Below are positions 48,600 through 54,624 of a stretch of 54,624 bases of DNA, piece by piece (positions within the stretch are counted from its first letter, which is position 1; the number at the start of each line of letters is the position of its first letter). The DNA is from an uncultured virus (IMG/VR IMGVR_UViG_3300007633_000001). Taxonomy: Duplodnaviria > Heunggongvirae > Uroviricota > Caudoviricetes. The notes under the pieces were generated by a model. The model was not told the DNA's origin and searched no databases. It saw only the letters and a list, made by a program, of their open reading frames with translations. A program made the translations under genes and the position numbers. The DNA is taken from IMG/VR virus record IMGVR_UViG_3300007633_000001; one strand, 5' to 3'.

Positions 48600-49290
48600 C
48601 TAGTTAATTAGTGAATTTATGTAATCTTTGAGTTCTGGTTTGTTCATTAGTTAAAGCTGAATCTTCATTACTAATTTGAATTAACTATTTATATTATCTA
48701 GTTTACTAATCAACGGTTCAACTAGGTCTAATATGAAACTATACAATATACTATAATCAATGGTTACTTTTACACCCTAATCCTTTTTATAGGATCCCAT
48801 AATATTTGATCTCTATCATCTTTTAAGTTAGGTAGAAGTATATTAGACGAGTTTAATGGATGCTCAGAAGACTTTATAGAATTCTTATACTTAAAATTAC
48901 TGGAATTATAAATACGATAGAGTACTAATTTTTATAACCTACTCATTATTTATAAAACATAACTTTCGCTTTATATGATTTCTAAATAAAGGTGACTCTT
49001 TTCTTGTTGTTTCGTTAAAAGGCTCTTCAATATTATTAACATTAAATTCTATGCCTTTAAATTCTTTAGTATTTAAATTATATAAATAATAACTATTAAG
49101 ATTGTAAACTACCCATTCATTTTTTATTGAATTTTATATATTCCTTTTGGGTATTATAGTTAGGAGGTATAACTAATGAAGGATTACTAGGAATAAATAC
49201 ATCATCTGGATTTCTTGGATTTATAAAAGCTTTATCTCTCTCTATTAACAAATCTTCTTCATCATATAAATATATATTTTTATCGGTCAT
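48600..49290 (-). pseudogene. Pseudogene of a tail fibre assembly-like protein (paralog of 50084..50881)
   Basis: ATG at 49290 overlaps the upstream stop (ATGA). MTDKNIYLYDEE..NPRNPDDVFIP..PPNY..YIKFNKK* ends at an A-run frameshift. Further fragments EWVV..YYLYN, ILWDP, IDYS and ELKD are broken by stops and frameshifts. Confidence 0.85.
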
Positions 49291-50078
49291 CTATAAGTTA
49301 TAAAATAATTTATTTGTATATATGGGGGTAAGATACTAAATCCATTTCCTAATCCTTGAGTTTGTATAACCTCTTCGCTACTATTTATATTAATATTGTG
49401 ACTATGGCCAGGATCTAATGATGATTCATAATTCTCATTAAACTTTGCAGTAGCTGCACTTTCTGTAGTACCATAGTCTACGGGAATAGAACCATGATCA
49501 TGATCCATTCTTGATGATATAGTACTAGTGTGTTTATGAATACCTCCACCATGATTATGAGGAGGTAGATTAGCTATTGTAAGATTTACATTAGTTTGAC
49601 CCCCATAAGTTCCCATATTAGAATTACTACCCATAAGAAATCTATTTCTAAGATCTGGAGTTCTAAAAGATATATTAGGAGTGCCGCCATATAAACTAAT
49701 CCAATCTTCACCTGGAGCTTGTTGATCAACTACTACCTTATATAATTCAGGATAATCTATTTTGTTAAGAACAGAACCATCAGCTTTTATACAGTTAGGA
49801 GGAGGATTGGATAGAGATCTTAGAGAAGATACTATATTACCAGGACCGTTGGTGACTACATTACTACTAGAAGAATTAGTATTGATGAGGTCAATAACAT
49901 CTGCTTGAGTAGTATAAGGAAGATAAGATAAATCATTCCAATTACTATTACCATTTCCTACCTTTATTTTATTGGTATCGCTTTCTATTGCTAATTCTCT
50001 ATCAGCCAGTATGGGATTGAAAGACTCCCAATTAGATTTAGTATCTCCTCTTATTTTGAATGTGAAGTAAGAAGACAT
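49287..50078 (-). CDS. Tail fibre protein (Mtd-N-like domain + tail collar)
   Basis: RGDTKSNW..NPILADRE.A.E.D..KVGNG..W..L.Y; collar ADGSVLNKIDYPELY..TPDLRNRF; LPPHNH; PPYIQINY. Confidence 0.85.
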   Translation of the reverse strand: MSSYFTFKIRGDTKSNWESFNPILADRELAIESDTNKIKVGNGNSNWNDLSYLPYTTQADVIDLINTNSSSSNVVTNGPGNIVSSLRSLSNPPPNCIKADGSVLNKIDYPELYKVVVDQQAPGEDWISLYGGTPNISFRTPDLRNRFLMGSNSNMGTYGGQTNVNLTIANLPPHNHGGGIHKHTSTISSRMDHDHGSIPVDYGTTESAATAKFNENYESSLDPGHSHNININSSEEVIQTQGLGNGFSILPPYIQINYFITYR

Positions 50079-50083
50079 ATTTC

Positions 50084-50881
50084 TTAATTAACATAATTGT
50101 TAACGATGGTATTTATATTATTTAAACAAGCCTTAGCTATTTCATAATGTTTTCTATCGGTTATCTCTTTTGAGCTTATTATTAACTCGTTTAATAAATC
50201 TTTAAGCTCATTATATTTGGACATCTCTAGCAGTAAGTTGTTAATAAAAAAACAATTACCTAAATTATAAATACTATAAACATTTATATAGTCTATAAGC
50301 CCTTTTGAAATATCGATTCTTAACTTAGAGTAATCTACTCTCCTAACCACTATCCACTTATTTTCTACATAGTCCCATACTGGAACTCTATCTATCAGTT
50401 GATCTGGAGATAATTGTGGAGGTTCTACATCAGTTACATTTAGGGTTGAGCCATACGAATCTATTTGTCCTATTAGTTGTCCAGTTAAAGGATCAATCGA
50501 GTAAACTTTTTTCATTGGCTCTTTCCTCCAATAATCTTTTAGTTCATCATATAGATAAACATAATTTTCTGTATCGATAAGATTTAAGTAAGATTCAGGA
50601 CACTTGAAGGTATATTTAATTAGAGATGGCTCATCATTTACTGAGTACCCTATGTATTCTTTATTTTGATTATAAAGATAATAGAAAACTTTATTTTCTA
50701 TGTTCCACTGATTAGCTTTTTTATCAAAGATGATATAGCTTGTAGTCTCATCGTATTCAGGAGGAACCACAGTCGTAGAATTTCTAGGTATTAACTCTTT
50801 AGAAGGGTTTCTAGGATTAGCCATAGTAGTTCCTTGTCCTGTATAAATACCTTCCTCGTTATAATTAAAAACTCTAGTCAT
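50084..50881 (-). CDS. Tail fibre assembly/chaperone-like protein
   Basis: Repeated Y.Y....G.Y.G, IP..ST.V.PP and W modules typical of Tfa-like proteins; coupled to the fibre gene by ATGA. Confidence 0.7.
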   Translation of the reverse strand: MTRVFNYNEEGIYTGQGTTMANPRNPSKELIPRNSTTVVPPEYDETTSYIIFDKKANQWNIENKVFYYLYNQNKEYIGYSVNDEPSLIKYTFKCPESYLNLIDTENYVYLYDELKDYWRKEPMKKVYSIDPLTGQLIGQIDSYGSTLNVTDVEPPQLSPDQLIDRVPVWDYVENKWIVVRRVDYSKLRIDISKGLIDYINVYSIYNLGNCFFINNLLLEMSKYNELKDLLNELIISSKEITDRKHYEIAKACLNNINTIVNNYVN

Positions 50882-51789
50882 TTGTACACAAAAAAGTAAT
50901 TTATAGCAGTGTTTACAGGTCTAGTTTCATTAGTACCTTCTTTATTTACAATAGCTTTACTATTATGAATAGATACTTCATGAGTATGTTCTGAGGTACT
51001 ATTAGTATTCCCTGTATGAGAGTGATCCCCACCATTACTTGTTTCAAAAGGATGTGTATGGTAACCGCTCATTCTCGTTGTCTCAGCGTATCTTACATTC
51101 CATCCATTACTGGATTTATCAACAATCATTATAAGGCCATTTTGGTTATATCCTCCACGATTGTAAAAGAAATCGTACATATGACTATGTCCGCCACTAT
51201 TATTAGTAGTTCCAGTATGTGTATGAGACCCATTTCCATTTGTGATGAATCCATGATTATGAGAATCTTCTGTAGAAGCAACTGAATTATGTGTATGAAC
51301 CCCTCCTCCATGGTCATGTTCTTTAAAAGCATCTTGTTGGATACTACCTACTCCAAAACCAATTCCACTACCTCTTAGAAACTGCCTTCTCAAATCAGGG
51401 GTACCAAAATTTAATCCTAATGTACCTCCATATAAAGAAATCCAATCTTCACCAGGAGCTTGATCTTCAACCATTGTTTTATATAATTCGGGGTAATCAG
51501 CTCTATTTAATTCAGCCCCTATAGCTGGCATACAATTTGAAGGAGGATTAGACAAAGATCTGAAGGAAGGGACTACATCTCCTATACTTCTACCACTTAA
51601 AGTATCCCATTTACTAATGTAAGGGACGTAATCTAAATTATTCCATTCAGTAACTCCATCACCTATTTTAAATAGCGTTTTACCAGAAGGATCTTTTTCC
51701 ATAGCCACTTCTCTATCGGCTAATATAGGGTTATAGAATTCCCAGTTAGACTTAGTATCTCCTCTAATTCTTATAGTAAAGTAACTCAT
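50878..51789 (-). CDS. Tail fibre protein (Mtd-N-like + collar + HxH repeats)
   Basis: Paralog of 49287..50078. PDLRRQFLRG, GSIQQDAF, multiple HxH metal-binding repeats and ETRPVN. Confidence 0.85.
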   Translation of the reverse strand: MSYFTIRIRGDTKSNWEFYNPILADREVAMEKDPSGKTLFKIGDGVTEWNNLDYVPYISKWDTLSGRSIGDVVPSFRSLSNPPSNCMPAIGAELNRADYPELYKTMVEDQAPGEDWISLYGGTLGLNFGTPDLRRQFLRGSGIGFGVGSIQQDAFKEHDHGGGVHTHNSVASTEDSHNHGFITNGNGSHTHTGTTNNSGGHSHMYDFFYNRGGYNQNGLIMIVDKSSNGWNVRYAETTRMSGYHTHPFETSNGGDHSHTGNTNSTSEHTHEVSIHNSKAIVNKEGTNETRPVNTAINYFFVYK

Positions 51790-51816
51790 TTATGTTTGTT
51801 TCTATAAAGTAAACCA

Positions 51817-52455
51817 TTAAATAACGGTAGTATTAATATTCATAAACCAATATTGATAAGGAGCTTTATTCCAATCAGCTATTTTTACTGATATAGCTAA
51901 ACCATTATTCCAATCATCCTCCCAATCACCGGAGGAAGGACAATCTTCTGGTATAAACTTGGCATCTTTATGATGCCATAGAATTTTATAAAACTCTTTA
52001 TATCTTCTATCTCTTGATAAATCAGAGCCTTGAGGATCTTGATAAGCACCAGTGTAATTAGGACAATCGGCTAAAGGTCTACCTAAGCCATGACCATTAG
52101 GTACGTACCATAACCAGTTAAGGTCATCTTTATAAGGATTAGCTATTACTTGATTGCCATTTGCGTCAGTAGTAAATTCTTGATTAGTAAGAAAAGATAT
52201 TTCACCGGCTACTTTAGTTTTAATAGGAAGAATATCCCAGGTTTTACCATCCCATCTTTCAATTAAATTAGTAGAAGTATTATACCCAGTGTAACCAACA
52301 TGATTCAATCCTAAAACTAGATTATCAATACCTTTAGTAGGTCTAGTACTCCATATATTTATACCGCCAACTTTAGGATCTATTAACTGGGCTAAATGAT
52401 TATTTAATAATATATCCCAGGGAAATGAATTGGATAAAGGTACAGGAAAAGGCAT
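51817..52455 (-). CDS. Putative tail fibre-associated protein
   Basis: N-terminal ~75 aa homologous to 47288..48388 (PW...LN.H..Q.ID...GGINIW.T.PT.G.D...GYTGYN...ERWDG). Confidence 0.6.
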   Translation of the reverse strand: MPFPVPLSNSFPWDILLNNHLAQLIDPKVGGINIWSTRPTKGIDNLVLGLNHVGYTGYNTSTNLIERWDGKTWDILPIKTKVAGEISFLTNQEFTTDANGNQVIANPYKDDLNWLWYVPNGHGLGRPLADCPNYTGAYQDPQGSDLSRDRRYKEFYKILWHHKDAKFIPEDCPSSGDWEDDWNNGLAISVKIADWNKAPYQYWFMNINTTVI

Positions 52456-52502
52456 CTTAGAAAATAATATTATATTTGTTTATGAAGATCTTTGTAAACT
52501 GT

Positions 52503-53366
52503 TTACACTATCGAGTTCCCAATAGCAGTGGATTGTATTTCACCATCAGATACAAAAATTCTGTATATGACTTTTAAGTATGTTGACGTTAAATCGCTAG
52601 CAGGTATAACACTTAATTCTTTATTGTTGCTTATTGAAGAGTCAAATGTTAAGTAATATAATCCGTGATTAGGACTACTAAAAGAATGACTATTACTATT
52701 AGTTATAAATTTTAAAGTATTTATATACAAAATGCCTTCTGTCCAACTTATAGTATTTAGATTATCCATTTTTAATATTGGTGCATGATAACCCAGTAAC
52801 TGACTTCTTAACCACCCGGTATTTACTACATTATCTTCTTCATAGTTCAAAGGGGGACTCTTGCCTCTCGGTGTGCCATCTAAATAAGGATCTACAGAAG
52901 GTAACCAGTTTAAGGGTTTAGTTATATTTACTATATTTTCTATCATAGTAGTATTGGTTTCTACTACTGCTAATAAACTTCCCTCATCATTTAAGGGTGG
53001 GTCTTCTGTAACTACTAAACCACAGTCATTAAATCTTATCCAGACATATTCTGAATGTAGAAATTCATCACTATAGCTTCTATCAACTCCTAAAGGTTCA
53101 GAAGTATTAGCCAAAGTACAAATACCATTAGTCAGAGTCGTTATTGTTCCTGGTGATACTTGAATTTGTAATGCACTATATTTACTAACAGAGGGGGCTA
53201 AAGTTGTACCACTTATTAAAGATTGAACCCAACCTGTTGTTGCTACTTGATTACTTACATCTGTTTGAGGGGGATGATCTGCTTCTACTTTAGCTGTTTG
53301 AAATTGATATGTTTGACTAGCTACTGCTTTGTATGGATCTGTATCTCTACTAGGAAAACTTGCCAT
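52503..53366 (-). CDS. Putative tail fibre protein
   Basis: PP..D..N.VATTGWV fibre repeat; N-terminus shared with 53418..54539. Confidence 0.65.
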   Translation of the reverse strand: MASFPSRDTDPYKAVASQTYQFQTAKVEADHPPQTDVSNQVATTGWVQSLISGTTLAPSVSKYSALQIQVSPGTITTLTNGICTLANTSEPLGVDRSYSDEFLHSEYVWIRFNDCGLVVTEDPPLNDEGSLLAVVETNTTMIENIVNITKPLNWLPSVDPYLDGTPRGKSPPLNYEEDNVVNTGWLRSQLLGYHAPILKMDNLNTISWTEGILYINTLKFITNSNSHSFSSPNHGLYYLTFDSSISNNKELSVIPASDLTSTYLKVIYRIFVSDGEIQSTAIGNSIV

Positions 53367-53417
53367 ATTACTTTTATCTTAGAGTAGTTATTACGAATGT
53401 TATTTAGATCTTTAATA

Positions 53418-54539
53418 TTAAGGTGCTGGACAGCTTGGACATGGATAAGGAGATTTAGCTCTAGACAAATCTTCCTGAATATGTCCTAAAGCTCCACCAT
53501 ATAAAGTTACAAAGTGTCTACTAATATAATCTGCTAAAGTATGGGCAAGATTCTTATACCATACTATTTTGGTGTTATCTGTTACTACTTCAGCTATACT
53601 CATACCCCATTGAGGATGAGGTGGATAATCGGTATTCATAATTGCACAATCGTGATATCTAATCCATAAATAAATCCTTGGTTGAAGTATTCCATCCCTA
53701 TCAGCATCTAAAGCTAAATTATTTACTCCATTAAAGTTACACACTGTGCCCGCTGGAGTATAAATGTCACCTAGAGATATTTGTCCGGTTAACCCTCCTA
53801 CAGCGGTAAACTGAGGAGCCCAACTAGGAACTGATATTGAAATCATTCCTCTTCTATCCATTTCTTCTTGAACCCATTGAGTAGTAGCTAAAGAAGTATC
53901 CCTATCCGCTGCTGGGGGATTTGGTCCTTGTGGATCTCCTATAAAGACTGGGCTGTTTAATTCTGCATAATCTACTAGTTCATTTTGTACCCAAGCAGTA
54001 TTAGCTATTGAATTATCATTATCTCCGGGGGGTGCCGTTGGTACTTGTGGATCTCCTGAGAATACGGGGCTAGTAACAGGTGCCCAACCCAATGCAGTAC
54101 TGGTATTATTGATAGCTGTAATAGTAGTAGCATTACTATCTACAGTAGCTAATACTACTCCTACGTTGCCAGGAGCAATAGTTGTAGCCACTACATTACA
54201 GTCAGAATATCTAATCCATATATACTCTCTACTAGAGGCTGATACGGCTAGATTATTTACACCTGTTATATTACATACTTTGCTAGTAACAGGGTCGGTG
54301 ACTGATCCAGGGCCTACATTTACTCTTAATACTGGATCAGGGCCACTTTTAGAAACAGTAGGAAATAGAACTCCGGGATTTAATAAAGCACTTACCCAAC
54401 CAGTAGTAGCTACTTTGTTAGTAGCATCTCCAGATGGAGGATGAGCCGCCTCTAAAGTAGCTACTTGAAATCTGTAAGTTTGTCCATTTACAGCATCGTA
54501 CGGATTAGCTGTTGATTGACTAGGAAAATAAGAAGTCAT
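53418..54539 (-). CDS. Putative tail fibre protein
   Basis: SPVFSGDPQVPTAPPGDNDNSIANTAWV-type fibre repeats (three) and a duplicated YIWIRY.DC module. Confidence 0.75.
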   Translation of the reverse strand: MTSYFPSQSTANPYDAVNGQTYRFQVATLEAAHPPSGDATNKVATTGWVSALLNPGVLFPTVSKSGPDPVLRVNVGPGSVTDPVTSKVCNITGVNNLAVSASSREYIWIRYSDCNVVATTIAPGNVGVVLATVDSNATTITAINNTSTALGWAPVTSPVFSGDPQVPTAPPGDNDNSIANTAWVQNELVDYAELNSPVFIGDPQGPNPPAADRDTSLATTQWVQEEMDRRGMISISVPSWAPQFTAVGGLTGQISLGDIYTPAGTVCNFNGVNNLALDADRDGILQPRIYLWIRYHDCAIMNTDYPPHPQWGMSIAEVVTDNTKIVWYKNLAHTLADYISRHFVTLYGGALGHIQEDLSRAKSPYPCPSCPAP

Positions 54540-54624
54540 AATAAATTATTAAGAAGTAATAAGAATATAATTAGAGACTATACATTGCCACTACCGTGAT
54601 AGATTAATTTACCACCATAACCCA

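Noticed and set aside
48600..49290. Stop-codon reassignment (TAG at Trp-equivalent positions)
   Set aside because: The region also has TAA stops and frameshifts, and TAG terminates normal genes elsewhere (389, 5341, 19144). Standard code fits.
49287..51789. Invertible tail-fibre shufflon
   Set aside because: All cassettes are on the same strand, and no invertase or inverted crossover sites were seen.
10288..54444. Short overlapping ORFs (10288, 10722, 13085, 18157, 20796, 21607, 36624, 41229, 42471, 43383, 43960, 51016, 51129, 54109)
   Set aside because: They overlap better-supported genes in another frame or strand and show no recognisable motifs.
47288..54539. Diversity-generating retroelement acting on Mtd-like fibres
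   Set aside because: Only the Mtd N-terminal-like domain is present. I saw no reverse transcriptase and no TR/VR pair differing at adenines, and the 48.4-49.3 kb gap is explained by a pseudogene.

Overview
AT-rich (roughly 70% AT by eye), densely coding segment that reads as part of a large (jumbo-type) tailed phage genome. The host is most likely a cyanobacterium, inferred from an RpoD-family sigma factor with a cyanobacterial-type insert and a lysozyme-like protein resembling a cyanobacterial family. From left to right it carries: the 3' end of rIIB followed by two tandem rIIA paralogs; a cell-envelope cluster (lysozyme-like protein, four membrane proteins, M23 peptidase); a sigma-70 factor; GroES and a divergent GroEL; a KTSC protein; a ParM plus ribbon-helix-helix (ParR-like) pair; an HNH endonuclease; peptide deformylase; a two-domain ThyX; two FecR-type lipoproteins with a CHASE2-3TM-GGDEF diguanylate cyclase; a PduO-like protein next to a class II (B12-dependent) ribonucleotide reductase; a MoxR-like AAA ATPase with a vWA partner; and a minus-strand block of modular tail-fibre paralogs that includes an unannotated pseudogene. 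The most striking observations are an apparently complete trans-envelope c-di-GMP signalling module in a phage, a plasmid-type actin segregation pair, and a recurring set of enzyme homologs with substituted catalytic residues (Nudix, DEDDh, Maf, PduO, HExxH, GroEL DGTTT). No tRNA, rRNA, CRISPR array or reverse transcriptase was recognised. All family calls come from motif recognition by eye, not from database searches.
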